NCBI GenBank assembly: GCA_965219575.1
Contig: OZ244779.1
Location: forward strand, 1,036,769-1,100,768
Source: Candidatus Oxydemutatoraceae bacterium
GTDB lineage: Bacteria; Pseudomonadota; Gammaproteobacteria; Poriferisulfidales; Oxydemutatoraceae
DNA: 64,000 nucleotides
Reading direction: 5' to 3'
Below are positions 19,201 through 34,200 of the stretch, in pieces. The position numbers were made by a program, and so were the translations under genes. The notes below the pieces were generated by a model. The model worked only from the letters and a program-made list of their open reading frames with translations. It was not told the DNA's origin and ran no database searches. How positions within the stretch are numbered: the first letter of the stretch is position 1; every line of letters begins with the position of its first letter.

Positions 19201-22200
19201 GTTTGGTCGGCAACAACGATGGAAAGATAAGAAACAGCTATGCTGCAGGTAATGTCGGCGGTGCTTGTGATGTCGGTGGCTTGGTTGCCGAAAACGGTAG
19301 CGAAGGTGAAATCGTCAATAGCTATGCCTCAGGTGCGGTAAACAGGTCGGGAAGCTGTGGCGATGACGGCACCCGCAACCGTGCCGGCGGTTTAGTTGCC
19401 GATAATGCAGGATTGATAAGGAATAGCTATGTGCGTGGGCCTATCTCGGCCGGTGGTGGCACGGCAGGTGGTTTGTTTGCTGTGGGGGCAACCGGCACGG
19501 TTGAGTTCAGCTATTGGGATAGTACGGTGAATAGTGATATTACCGCCGACTCTACGGCTCAGACGACCGCTGATTTGCTAAGTCTGCCGTCTGAAACGGG
19601 TATCTATACTAACTGGAATAGTGCCGACTGGGATTTCGGCACCGCAATGCAATATCCGCTGTTAAGATATACTTCGCCGACCGACATTGCTATCGCAGCG
19701 GTATGCGATGACGACCTCAACACGGCACTACCGCCTTGCGGTAGTATATTGTTGGCTCAAGGAGAGAAAGGATTGAGCAATCTATTATTCTTTACCGGCG
19801 ATGATGCCGTGGCACTCAATCGGCCTTTTTCTCTTTCGCTCCTTTCGGGCTACACGGTTAATGTAGAGGATCAAACCACAATAGAGTTATTGCCGTACGG
19901 GATCAATCCACGAGGCGAGTCTATTACAATCACCCAAAATACAACGAACACCGACTATTTTGTGGGCAAGCTTAGTGGTGAGCAGAGTATGCCGATTCCT
20001 ATTTCAAAGGGAGAGTCGGTTCTGACAATCTCCGTCGGGAATGATCCCACCGATACCAACCCGGTCACTTATAGTGTCACCGTAAATAATATGGTAAGCC
20101 CGGTACAAGTAACAGATGTAACCGGTCCCGATACGGCGGTTGAAGGTGACCCCATTAGTCTGAGTCAAACAGCTACGGGTGGCATCGGCGTAAATTATAC
20201 CTATCGATGGACTTCGGAGCCGGCAGATTTTCTAGACGGGCAAACCGTTACTAATGCGACTTTAAGTTTTAATGTACCCACCGATTTTGTGTTGGGTGAA
20301 AATACAAGTCGCAGCGTAGTCATTAAATCAATCGTCGGCGACAGTTTTTCGGAAAGTAGTGCGATTAAGACCGTGAACATCGTGAAAGACGACAATGGTA
20401 ATCCGGACTTTAGAACCGAAGTGACCGTATCGACGATAAGCATAGAGGCTGTGCCGGGAAGCGATCCCGACGGCGACGGTATGATTACCGGTGCGAGTTG
20501 GGAGCGGCGCACCGTGGATGATGTCGAATGGATGCCGATTCCCGGCCAGACATCGGCGATGTATAGCATCCCGACCGAAGACAGGGGTGACACCCGCTAT
20601 CGAGCGCAGGTGGTCTATATCGATGCCCAGGGTTATAGTCATACGAGTAGTGTCTTAGGTCCCTATAGGGCCGATATAGACGACGACGACGACGGTTTGA
20701 TAGATATCTATTACTTGGAAGATTTGGATACGGTGCGCTATCAAACCGACGGTAGCGGTTATAGAGCGAGCAATGAAGCGACTAGAAGTAGCCGAGGTTG
20801 TATGCCGGTCGACACTACGGAGACCTGTTCGGGTTATGAACTGCGTAGAGACTTGGATTTCATGACTACCCGAAGCTATTTAGTTGCGACGATGAATAGA
20901 ACGATATGGACGGTTAATAACTTTGGTACCGATGCCGATACCGGCTGGCAACCTATCGGGTCTATTGACGGCAATAGCTGTAGCAATACGAGTAGTGATT
21001 GTTTTACCGGTGTTTTCGAAGGTAACGGCTATAGCATTTCCAATCTGCGGATTAATAGAGACAGCACGACCGGTTCCTTGAGCGATAATATAGGTTTGTT
21101 TGTTGGAAATACCGGTACTATTCGCAATTTAGGGTTATCGGGAATAAAAGTACACGGTCATCGAAGGGTTAGTGGTTTGGTCGGTCTCAATGCGGGTAAT
21201 CTAATAAATGTTTATGTGGACGAAGGTGAGGTCGAAGGAAGAAATAACGGCGTGGGGCTTTTAGCCGGCAGAAGTGAGGGATTAATCATCAATAGTTATG
21301 TGCGTGGTACTGTTTTCTCGGCAGGTCGTTTTGCAGGAGGCATCTGTGGCGCAACACTCGGTAGTGGAATTTCCAATAGCTATGCAATCGTCGATGTTAC
21401 GGCAATGGGGAACATAGGCGGATTAGCAGGCGACACGCTAGGACCTATTCGCAATAGTTATGCGATGGGTTCTGTGCGTTTAACTGCAAATGCGAACAGT
21501 GGCCTAGTCGTAGGTGGTCTTGTAGGTGTAATGGCTGTCTTTAACGAGCCAAGTATTACCAACAGCTATTCGACCGTTGCGGTGACAGCTGATAATCCAA
21601 CCGGCAATATAATTAGCGGTTTAATCGGGGACAGGACAGAAGCTGTAGACGCATCGGCGATAAGCGACAGCTACTGGGATAGCAACACGAGTATGCAGAC
21701 GACCTCTATGGGAGGTGGCACCTCTAAAACAACCGTTGAATTGCAAATGCCGACTAATCGAACTGCTGAAATAGGTATCTATGCCAACTGGAATAGTGCC
21801 GATTGGGATTTCGGCACCTCGCAGACTTATGCTGCATTGCGCTATGCCATCGGCGACGATAATGCCAACCCCGGCTGCGATGCCGATCCCGATACCGCCT
21901 TGCCACAGTGTGGTGATTTATTGCCGGGTCAAATTGCAACGGTACTCCCGATAGAAATAACGAATATAACGGTTCCCGAAACGGTGAATGAAGGTGATGT
22001 CATTAATTTGAGTGCGGCGGTTATGGGTGGCAACAGCGATAGTTATAGTTATAGATGGACGTCGGAACCGGCGTCTCTACTCGCCGGCGTATCGGAGACG
22101 GACATCGCCAATCCTACTCTAAGTTTCATCGTCCCCACCGATTTTGTACTCGGCGAAGCCTCAAATCGGGATGCCGTGATCGAACTGACTGTCGGCGACG

Positions 22201-25200
22201 GTTTGATAGAGAGCACTGCGACCGGAACCGTTACGGTTGAGAAGGTCGACAACGGTAATTTGAGCTTGTCGGCGACGGTGACGACATCGACGATAAGTAT
22301 CGAGATATTGGAAAATGATCCCGACGGTGCCGGTAGCGTCGCTTATACTTGGGAGCAGCGTAGTATCGCGCGCGCCGGTTGGCAACCGATTCTCAATCCC
22401 TCTAATAGCTATACGGTGCCGGCACAAGACGCAAGTAGTTTTCGCTATCGTGTGCGACTAAGCTATACCGATGCACAAGGTTATCCTTATACCAGCGGTG
22501 TGCTGGGTCCTTTTAGAGCCGAGATAGACGACGACGACGACGGTTTGATAGATATCTACTATTTGGAGGATTTGGATGCGGTGCGTTATCAACTTGACGG
22601 CACCGGCTATACCCCAAGCACCACTACGGTCAAAATCACCCGAGGTTGCCCCTTAGCCGGCGATAATACCGAAACCTGTTCGGGATACGAGTTGCGTAGA
22701 GATTTAAGTTTCACGGCGATGCAAAGCTATGTAGATGCGACGACGAATAGAGACGAATGGACGGTTGATAATCCCATGAACGACTTGGATACCGGTTGGC
22801 CCCCTATAGGAGGCTCTTTCGGTAGTACCTTCGAAGGCAACGGCTATAGCATTTCCAATTTGCAAATCAACAGAGATACGGTTGATGACTCCGATATCGG
22901 ATTGTTTGCGGTACTGTCGTCGTCGGCGAGGATAAAGAATGTCGGCCTATTGAATGTAGCCGTTGAAGGCAGAGGCTATGTCGGTGGTTTGGTTGCGCAA
23001 AACGAGGGCGAAATCGTCAATAGCTATGTGCAAGGGGAAGTCAAGGGAGCACAGCATAGCGTAGGCGGATTGGTTGCGTTTAATTCTAGTTCTACGACCG
23101 GCGTGATTGTCAACAGCTATGCAAACGCAACGGTAATGTCTACCGGTGCGCTATTGTCGGGTGGTTTGGTCGGCAACAATCACGGCACGATAAGAAACAG
23201 CTATGCGGCAGGTCATGTGAGTGGTGTTTGTGATGTAGGGGGTTTGGTTGCCGAGAACGGTAGCGGAAGTGAAATTATCAATAGCTATGTGTCGGGTGAG
23301 ATAAGCAGATCCGGAAGCTGTATCGATGACGGCAACCGGAATCGTGTCGGTGGTTTAGTAGCCGATAATGCAGGATTGATAAGGAATAGTTATGTGCGTG
23401 GTCGTGTTAGCGGTAGCGGAGCTATAGGTGGTTTGTTTGCTGTGGGGGCGACCGGCACGGTTGAGTCCAGCTATTGGGATAGCACGGTTAATAGTGGTAT
23501 TACTATCGATACCAATGCTAGGATTAGCGCCGATTTGCAAATGCCGACTATGCCGGGGACAATACCGACCGAGATTTATTACGACTGGAGTACTGCCGAT
23601 TGGGACTTCGGCGATATGACGAGTTATCCTGCGCTGCGTTATGCCGAGGTTGACGGTGTCGATTCTTGCGATAATGATGCGAATACGGCGTTGCCGCGTT
23701 GCGCTACATTGCTATCCGATCAAGCCGGTCGCAACGAAGGTTTGAGCGCACTGTTTTTCGTGATAAACGGTGCCGAGCAGGATAATGACCGAATATTTAG
23801 AAACCAGCCTTTTTCATCGTTGTTGTTCGACTACGATGTGGTAATCCCGAATACCATGAATTTTCAATTAAGACCTTATGCTATCAATAACACTACGATG
23901 ATTTCAATCGTCAAAGAAGCAGACACGAGCATAGACTATTTTGATAGCAGGCTTAGCGGTGAATCTAGTCTTGACATCCCCGTATCGGAGGGTATAAGTG
24001 AAGTCATAAGGATTACGGTCGACGGTGTTGTTTATACTTTGAATCTAAGGGTGAGCCCCGAGAATCCGGTTAGAATTACGAGCCTCGTCGCTGATCCGGT
24101 AGCCGGTAGCATTGTGGATGAAGGGCAGTCCGTCACTTTAATGTTTGCGGTTGCCGACGGTAGTAGCGATAATTATCGTTATTCGTTGCAACAGGCGGGC
24201 AGAGTGATCGCTCGGAGTACCGATACGACTACGTTTACCGCCGTCGTGCCGACGGACTTTGTGCAAGCCGACCTGACGACACAGAGCATCGTCTATACGA
24301 TAACGGTTGACGATAGTTTTAGCACTGCGTCTGCCGAACTGATGCTAATTGCTCGAAAGATCAATAACAGCATCCCGCAACTGGAATTAAATATCGGTCC
24401 GGCACTATTGAGCATAAGCACTACTGCGGATGCGGACGGTATCGGCACATTTATGTATCAATGGGAACGACGAGATCGGGTTGATAGCGGTTGGATAGAC
24501 GATTCTACCAGCGCCAGTGCTACGGTGCCGGCTAATTCCTCCAGTGAAATTCGCTATCGCGTGACGGTGCGCCATACCGACGGACAAGGAGATAGTAATA
24601 CCTATCGGATAAACCCGTTTCCCGTTATCGTTGACGGCGACAGCGACGGTTTGATAGATCTTTATTATCTGGAAGACTTGGATACGATACGCAATTCTTC
24701 GGACGGCAGCGGTTATGATATAGACACCGAACGCGACGATATCACTATAGACAAGAATACTCTGGGTTGTCCGAACGGTGGCTGCATAGGTTACGAGTTG
24801 AGCAGAAGTTTGGATTTCGACGACGATAACAGCTATAGCTCGACAGCCAACAAAATTACATGGACGACGGGAGCGGGTTGGCAACCGATAGGAAGTATTA
24901 GTAATGATGACTGTGGTGATTCGGCTAGCGATTGTTTCAATAGTATTTTTGAGGGCAACAATAATCAGCTTTCTAATTTACGGATAAACAGAGATACGGT
25001 TGACGATGCGCATATCGGATTGTTCACCGCAGTGTCGCAAGATGCGAGAATAGAGAATGTCGGGATATTGGATGTGGCTATTGAAGGCAGGGGCTATGTA
25101 GGCGGTTTGGTTGCTAGAAACGCAGGTGTTATCGTCAATAGTTATGTGCAAGGAGGAGCAGTCACCGGAACACAACATAGCCTGGGTGGCTTGGTTGCAA

Positions 25201-28200
25201 TTAACGACAGCGGTGTTTCAACACGCGCAACGATTACCAACAGCTATGCGAGTGTGATGACAATCTCTACCGTCGTGCTATCGACAGGTGCTTTGGTCGG
25301 TCGCAATCGCGGCGTGATTAGGAATAGCTATGCGTCGGGCAATGCGAGTGGTTCTTGTGATGTAGGCGGTTTGGTTGCCGAGAACGGCAATGGAAGTGAA
25401 ATCGTCAATAGCTATGCGTCGGGTACAGTAAACAGGTCGGGAAGTTGTAGCGATGCCACCCGTGATCGTGCTGCCGGTTTAGTCGCATATAACGCAGGAT
25501 CAATAGAGAATAGTTATGTGAGCGGTCGTGTTAGCGGTAGCGGTGCGGTTGGTGGTTTGGTCGGCAATGCCGAGCCGACCGGCACGGTTACGTCCAGTTA
25601 CTGGGATAGTACGGTTAATAGTGGTATTACCGCCGATGCCGATGACGGTATTGCGACCGGCACCGCTGCGTTACAAGAGCCGACTGCACCGGGGAGCATA
25701 GCAACCCAGATTTATCACAACTGGAGTACTGCCGATTGGGATTTCGGCACTTCGCGCACTTATGCCGTGTTGCGCTATGCCGGAGGCGACGACAGCGACA
25801 ACCCGGCATGCGATCTAGATCCCGATACACCACTACCACCGTGTGGTGCTTTATTGCTTGATCAGGGCGGCGCGGATAGAAAAGGACTGGGTGGTCTATT
25901 TTTCTTTGTTGACGGCGAACCTCTGGATATGTCGCTACTGAATAAGCCTTTCTCGTTCTCGGTATTCTCCGGCTATGTTATAAATTTAGAGAATAAAGCC
26001 TTAATTGAGTTATCGCCGTACGGGCTCAATGCTCGCGGTCAGTCTATTTCAATATTCAGAATGGGAGACACACCGCGCCGCGACTACTTTGACGAAAAGC
26101 ACAGTGGCGAGTTGAGCGAACCTATTCGTATTCCGAGAGGTAGGTCGGTTCTGACAATCGTCGTCGGAGATGCGCCCGGAGATCCCGATCCGGTCACCTA
26201 TAGCTTCACCGTGAACAATGAGGTAACTACGGTAGAGATAACCGATCTAACCAGCAATGCTACTATGTTGGAAGAAGGAGAAACGATCAACATAGAAGCG
26301 ACGGTGAGTGGTGGTGCCCGACTCAATTATCGCTATCAATGGACTGCCGAGCCGGCCGAGCTATTGGGCCGTGTGTCGAACGCCGACATCACGAGTCCTA
26401 CTTTGAGTTTTAGTATTCCTCCCGATTTCGTATCACTAGAGGCGACAACCCGAAGTGCCATGATTATACTGACCGTAAGAGACAACCTGTCGGAAAGTAG
26501 AGCGACCGAAACCGTGGTCATAGAGAAGGTCGACAACGGTGCTCGACTTTTTATGACGACGGTGACAACATCGGAGATAAACATTGCGACGGTAGCAGAT
26601 GATCCCGACGGCAACGGCGACGGCACGGTGGATTATTCTTGGGAACTGCGTAGCATAGACGATGACGATTGGATGTCGACTTCGATCGTGTCCAATCGCT
26701 ATACGGTGCCGGCACAAGACGCAAGTAGTTTTCGCTATCGTGTGCGAGTAAGCTATACCGATGCGCAGGGTTATGATTTTGATCGCCTGTTCGGTCCGTA
26801 CAGAGCCGATATAGACGACGATGACGACGGTTTGATAGATATCTACTATTTGGAGGATTTGGATGCGGTGCGTTATCAAACCGACGGCAGCGGTTATACC
26901 ACAAGTACTGCTACGGTCAAAATTACTCGCGGGTGTCGGCCGATCGATAATATCGAAACCTGTTCGGGTTACGAGTTGCGTAGAGACTTGGATTTTGCAA
27001 CCACCCGAAGCTATGTGAATGCGGCAAGGCACAGAGGCGAATGGACGGTCGATAACTTTGCCACCGGTAGCGACGGCTGGCAACCGATAGGGGAAATTCC
27101 TAGTGGTCTTTTTGTAGATTGTAATGCCACCGGTAGCGATTGTTTGAATAGTATTTTTGAAGGCAACGGCTATAGTATTTCCAATTTGCAGATCAATAGA
27201 GACCTTGATGGCGTAGGTCTGTTCGCCGGGAACAACGGAACCATTAGAAATCTCGGTTTATCGGAAATAAGGATAGAAGGCGGGAATCAGGTCGGTGGCA
27301 TCGTCGCTTCCAATGACGGGATATTGATGAACAGTCATGTAGATAGCTCTGTAGCCGGAGTGGACAGGTCGGTTACAGGATCACTCAGAGTGGGTCTTTT
27401 AGCCGCTGCCAATAACGGGTTAATCATCAACAGCTATGCGCGTGGTGATGTGAGAGCTAATACTTTTGTAGGTGGCATCTGTGGCTATAGCGGAGGCGAA
27501 ATTATCAATAGCTATGCCGATGCCGAGGTGGTGGCAAATAATAGCTCTGCAGGTGGTTTAGTCGGATTGATGAGCAGAATCAACGAAATTGATGCAATCA
27601 TCACCGATAGTTATGCGACGGGTTCTGTCGGTGCGCAGGATAGCCAAGGCAGCCAGGGCGGCATTGTCGGTTTCTTAGCGCAAAATACAAATATTAGAAA
27701 CAGCTATTCAACTGCCGAGGTGACAACAATGACCGCTTCTGCAGGTGGTTTGGTCGGTACATCCAATGCGAGTGTTTTCGATAGCTATTGGGATGTCGAG
27801 ACGAGTATGCAGATGCGCTCGGCAGGCGGCACTTCTAGCACGACCGCCGAATTGCAAATGCCGACTATACCGGGGACAACGGCAACCGAAGTTTATTACA
27901 ACTGGAGTCCCGATAATTGGGATTTCGGTAATACGATGAGTTATCCTGCGCTGCGTTATACCGACGGCGGTGTCGATGCCTGCGCTGCGAATCCCGAGAC
28001 GGCGTTGCCGCGTTGCGGTGCGTTGCTACCCGAACAGAACGGGCGCGACGAAGGTTTGAGCATTTTGTTTTTCGTAATAGACGATGAGGAACAGGATAAT
28101 GCCGATATATTTGTCAACCAGCCTTTTTCATCACTGTTGTTTAACTACGATGTGACGATCCCGTATACCGAGAACTTCCGATTAAGACCGTACGCTATCA

Positions 28201-31200
28201 ATAGCACTGCGGCGATTTCAATTACCCGAGCAGGGGATACGCAAGGCATCGACTATTTCAACGATGCGAGTGGTGAGTTAAGCGATAAAATCCCGCTACG
28301 AGGAAATATGACCGAAGTCCTGACGATTACGGTAGACGGTGTCGATTATACTTTGAATATAAGGGTCGGTCCCCAGGATCCGGTCGAGATTACCGATTTC
28401 AGTAGTGTGCCCGTCGCCGGAAGTACCGTCGATGAAGGGGATTCTGTCAGCTTAAACATAGAGATTGACGGGAGTAGCGGAGACTACGATTATTTGCTAC
28501 AGCCGGGAGGCATAGAGATTAGCCGAGTAGCGACTACTGCGACTTTTAGCGTCGTCATACCCGATACTTTTGTCGAAGCCGGCTCGACGACACAAAGCAT
28601 CACCTATACGATAACGGTTGACGACGGCTTCGGCACGGCTTCTGCCGAACTGATGCTGGTCGTGCGAAAAACCGACAACGGCGAACCGCAGCTGGAATTC
28701 AATGTCGGTGCTAATTCATTAGAGATAACACCTACGGTAGCCGACATCGACGGTGTCGGCACATTTAGGTATCGATGGCAAAGTCGTGCCGAGGGTGCGA
28801 ATGATTGGACCGATATTTCTGCAACTAATCGCTATACGGTGTCGGGCACTCCCGCTAGCACGGTCCGCTATCGCGTGATAGTCAACCACACCGACGGGCA
28901 ACAACATAGCAGAGAATATATCATCGGTCCGTTTCCTATCAATGTCGACGGCGACGGCGACGGTTTGATAGATGTTTATTATCTGGAGGATTTGGATGCA
29001 ATACGCAATCGCCTGGACGGTAGCGGATACAGCGTAGATCCCGGTTCCGATAGTATTAGCGTAGATAAAATCACTCTGGGCTGCCCTTCCGATACATGCG
29101 TCGGCTACGAATTGTTAAGGGACTTGAATTTCACGACCGAGCAGAGCTATGTAGATGCGACCGCGCAAGTTCAAGGTCAAACCACGCTACTAGACGAATG
29201 GACGGTGAATGATCCTACCGATGACTCGGATAGCGGCTGGTTGCCCATAGGAAGCGGCGATACTCCGTTTGCCGCCTTATTTAGGGCCGACAATCATAAG
29301 ATTTTTAATTTGCAGATAAACAGAGATACGGTTGACGATGCGCATATCGGATTGTTCGCCGCGTTGTCGCAAAATGCGAGGATAGAGAATATCGGTCTAT
29401 TGGATGTCGCTATCGAAGGCAGGGGTCATGTAGGGAGCTTGGTTGCTCAAAACGAAGGTGTCGTCGTCAATAGTTATGTGCAGGGAGGAGAAATTACCGG
29501 CACACAACATAGCCTAGGCGGGTTGGTTGCGTCCAATTCCAGTATGACCGGCGTGGTCATCAATAGCTATGCGAGTGTGACGACGACTTCTACCGAAGTG
29601 TTCTCGCCGGGCGGTTTGGTCGGCAGCAACCGAGGCGTGATTAGAAATAGCTATGCAACGGGTGATGTCAGCGGTCCTTGCGATGTCGGTGGTTTGGTTG
29701 CCGAGAGTTTTGTCGGAAGTCAAATCGTCAATAGCTATGCGTCGGGCAATGTACACAGAGCGGGTAGCTGTATGGATGACGGAACACTGGATAGTGTGGG
29801 CAGTTTGGTGGGCTATCACCGAGGATTGATAAGGAATAGTTATGGGAGCGGTCGTGTTAGCGGTAGCGGCACGAAAGGGGGTTTAGTCGGCGATGCCGAG
29901 AACAGCACGGTTACGTTCAGCTACTGGGATGTTGAGACGAGTATGCAGATGCGCTCGGCAGGTGGCACCTCTCAAACTACTGCCGAATTGCAAATGCCGA
30001 CCGCACCGGGGAGCATAGCAAACCAGGTTTATTTCAACTGGAGTACTGCCGATTGGGATTTCGGCACTTCGCTAAACTATCCGATAATTAGATACACGAC
30101 GGCAACCGATATCCTTAGCGAACCGGCGTGCGACGACAACCTCGACACGCCACTACCGCAGTGTGGTGGTGTATTGCTCGGTCAGGGAGATATCGGGTTA
30201 AGCAGTATATTATTCTTTGCCGGCGACGATACTTTGAATGAAGCGGAACTAGATCCGCCTTTCTCTCTCTCGGTATTATCCGGCTATACGGTCAACACGG
30301 TAGACGAAGTCTTGATCCGCTTATTGCCGTACGGGATCGATGTTCTCGGTGAGACGATTGCAATATTCAAAACCGGAGACACACTGAGCGTCGACTATTT
30401 CGAGGATAGGCGCAGTGGTGAGTTGAGCGCACCGATTCCCATTTCAAGAGGGCAGTCGGTTGTGACGGTTCGAGTCGGTGACGATCCCGACACGGTGGAC
30501 TATAGCTTTATCGTGAACAACGAGGTGAGCGCGGTAGAAGTAACGGATGTCGCCGGTGATTTCACTATGCGCCGAGAGGGAGAAACCGTTAGTTTGAGTG
30601 CAACGGTGCAAGGTGGTATAAGCGATAATTATAGTTATCGCTGGACCTCGGAGCCGGCTTCTCTGTTGGCCGGCTTGTCGGAAGCGGATATCACGAGTCG
30701 TACCTTAAGTTTTAGTATTCCCCTGGATTTTGTATCCCGTGATGTATTAAGTCGGGATGCCGAAATCAAACTGACCGTCGGCGACGGTTTTTCGGTAAGT
30801 AGTGCCACCGAGACCGTGACCGTAGAGAAAGTTAACGACGGTGATCCGAACTTCACGGCGACGGTGACCGCAGCGGAGATAAGCATCGCAACGGTAGGGG
30901 ATGATCCCGACGGCATCGGTGTTACTGTTTATGCTTGGGAGCAGCGCAGTATCGCGAATGTGGTTTGGGAGCCGATTCCCGGTGTCCCTAATACATCCAA
31001 TACCTATACGGTACCACCGCAAAACGCAAGTAGTTTCCGCTATCGTGTGCGACTAAGCCACACCGACGCACAAGGCAACCCTTTTAGTCAAGTGTTAGGT
31101 CCTTTTAGAGCCGAGATAGACGACGACGACGACGGTTTGATAGATATCTACTATTTGGAGGATTTGGATGCGGTGCGTTATCAAACCGACGGCAGTGCTT

Positions 31201-34200
31201 ATACCATAAGTACTGCTACGGTCGGCATCACCCGAGGCTGCCGGTTAGCCGGCGATAATACCGAGACCTGTTCGGGTTACGAGTTGCGTAGAGATTTGGA
31301 TTTTGCAACCACCCGAAGCTATGTAGATGCGACGACGAATAGAGACGAATGGACGGTGGATGATCCCATGAATGACTCGGATAGCGGTTGGCTACCTATC
31401 GGTTCTATTGTTAGCAACGACTGTGAAGACTCGGGCAGCAATTGTTTTACTAGTACTTTTGAAGGCAACGGCTACGACATTTCCAATTTGCAAATCAACA
31501 GAGATACGGTCGACGACTCCGATATCGGATTGTTTGCAGTGCTGTCGTCGTCGGCGAGGATAGAGAATGTCGGCCTATTGAATGTAGCCGTTGAAGGCAG
31601 AGGTCATGTCGGTGGCTTGGTTGCGCAAAACGAGGGTGAAATCGTCAATAGCTATGTGCGAGGGGAAGTCAAGGGAACACAGCATAGCGTCGGCGGATTG
31701 GTTGCGTCTAATTCCAGTTCTATGACTAGCGTGATTGTCAACAGCTATGCAGACGCAACGGTAATGTCTACCGATGCGCTATTATCGGGTGGTTTGGTCG
31801 GCAACAATCACGGCAAGATTAGAAACAGCTATGCGGCGGGTAATGTGCGTGGTTCTTGTAATGTAGGAGGTTTGGTTGCCGAAAACGGAAGTGAAAGTGA
31901 AATTGTCAATAGCTATGTGTCGGGTGAGATAAGTAGATCCGGAAGCTGTAGCGATGACGGCACGCGGAATCGCGTCGGTGGTTTAGTTGTCGATAATGCA
32001 GGATTGATAAGGAATAGTTATGTGCGCGGTCGTGTTAGCGGTAGCGGCACTATAGGTGGTTTGATTGGCGATGCCGAGGCAACCGGCACGGTTGAGTTCA
32101 GCTATTGGGATAGCACGGTGAATAGCGGTCTTACCACCGATACCAATGCCAGGATCAGCACCGATTTGCAGTCGCCGGTTGCGGCAATCGGCATCTATGC
32201 ACAATGGAACACTGCCGATTGGGACTTCGGTGGTACGACGAGTTATCCTGCGCTGCGTTATGCCGAGGTTGACGGTGTCGATGCTTGCGATAGCGATGCG
32301 AATACGGCGTTGCCGCGTTGCGGTGCGTTGCTATCCGATCAAGCCGGTCGCGACGAGGGTTTGAGCGCATTGTTTTTCGTGATAAACAGTGCCGAGCAGG
32401 ATAATGATCGCATATTCGGCAATCAGCCTTTTTCATCGTTGGTGTTTGACTACGATGTAGTGATCCCGAATACTGCGGAGTTTCAACTGAGACCGTATGC
32501 TATCGACAGCGAGGCAACGATTTCAATCGTCAAAGTAGCAGATACGAGTACCGACTATTTTGATGGCAGGCTTAGCGGTGAGTCTAGTCTTGACATTCCC
32601 GTATCGGAGGGTATAACCGAAGTCATAAGGATTACGGTGGACGGTGTTGCTTATACTTTGCGTCTAAGAGTGAGCCCCGAGAATCCGGTTAGAATTACGA
32701 ACTTTGTCAGTGATCCGGTAGCCGGTAGCATTGTGGATGAAGGACAGTCTGCTACTTTAACTTTTGCGGTTGCCGACGGTAGTAGTGTAAATTATCGTTA
32801 TTCGTTGCAACAAGCAGGCAGAGAGATTGCCCAAAGTAATGATCCTACTTTTACCGCCGTCATACCGTTGGATTTTGTGCAAGCCGACCTGACGACACAG
32901 AGCATCGTCTATACGATAACGGTTGACGATAGTTTTAGCACTGCGTCCGCCGAACTTGAGCTCATTGCGAATAAAGAGAATAACGGCGAGCCGCAACTGG
33001 AATTGCGCATCACGCCTACTTTCCTAAGCACAACTTCTACCGTAGCCGATGTCGATGGTGCCGGTACATTTACATATCGCTGGGAACGACGAGAGCGGAT
33101 TGATGTTAGCTGGATGGAGGTCTCTACGACTTTTGGTGTTTCGATACCTGCCGATACTCCTGGCGAGGTTCGTTATCGTGTGACAATAGACCATACCGAC
33201 GGGCAGGGATATCGCAATACCTATCTGATTGGACCGTTTCCTGCCGGCATCGACGGCAATAACAACGGCTTGATAGATATTTATTATTTGGAAGACTTGG
33301 ATGCGATGCGTAATCAGCTCGACGGTAGCGGTTATAGCATAAATTCCGGATACAGCAATATCATCGTAGATGAGAACACCTCGGGTTGTCCCGACGGCGG
33401 TTGCAGGGGCTACGAATTGAGTAGGAGTTTGGACTTTAACGAAGATACACACTACCTTGATGCTGCTGCAAACAAAGAGAGATGGACGACGGGTACGGGT
33501 TGGCAGCCGATCGGTGATTTTGATAATCCTTTCAGTGCGATATTCATGGCGAGTACCGAGAGCTTGACTATCTCTAATTTGACGATAGATAGGCGCAATG
33601 AGTCGGGTGTAGGGTTGTTCGGTGAGTCGTCGGGTCGCATAACCGATATTCGTTTAAGCGATGTATCGGTTAGAGGATATAGCGTAGTCGGTGGTTTGGT
33701 GGGTTCCAATAGAGGTCAAATAACCGCCGGTTCGGTAACCGGTTCCGTGGAAAGTGTGGACACATGGGCCGGAGGCTTGGTCGGCACCCATTGGAATGAG
33801 ATTAAGAACAGCTACGCACAGGTTGATGTGTCGGGGTATAGTTCGGTCGGTGGCTTGGTAGGCTATAGCTTCGGAACCATAGCCGATAGCTATGCCTTCG
33901 GTGATGTGAAAGCAAGGATCTTCGGCGGTGGTTTGGTCGGCTTTAACCAAGGCCCTATAGCTCGTAGCTATGCGAGTGGTAGCGTTGAGAGTGCCTTTTA
34001 CGCCGGCGGGTTAATCGGCTACAACGATAGTTATATAGATGCTATCGGCAGAGGTGGAGTAATTGAAAATGTTTATGCGACCGGCAATGTCATCGGTGGC
34101 ACTTATCTCGGTGGCTTGGCAGGTTATAACGACAGCGATATAAACAACGGATATGCGATCGGTCGCGTTATCGGAGGCGGTGGTTCGGGTGGTTTGGTCG

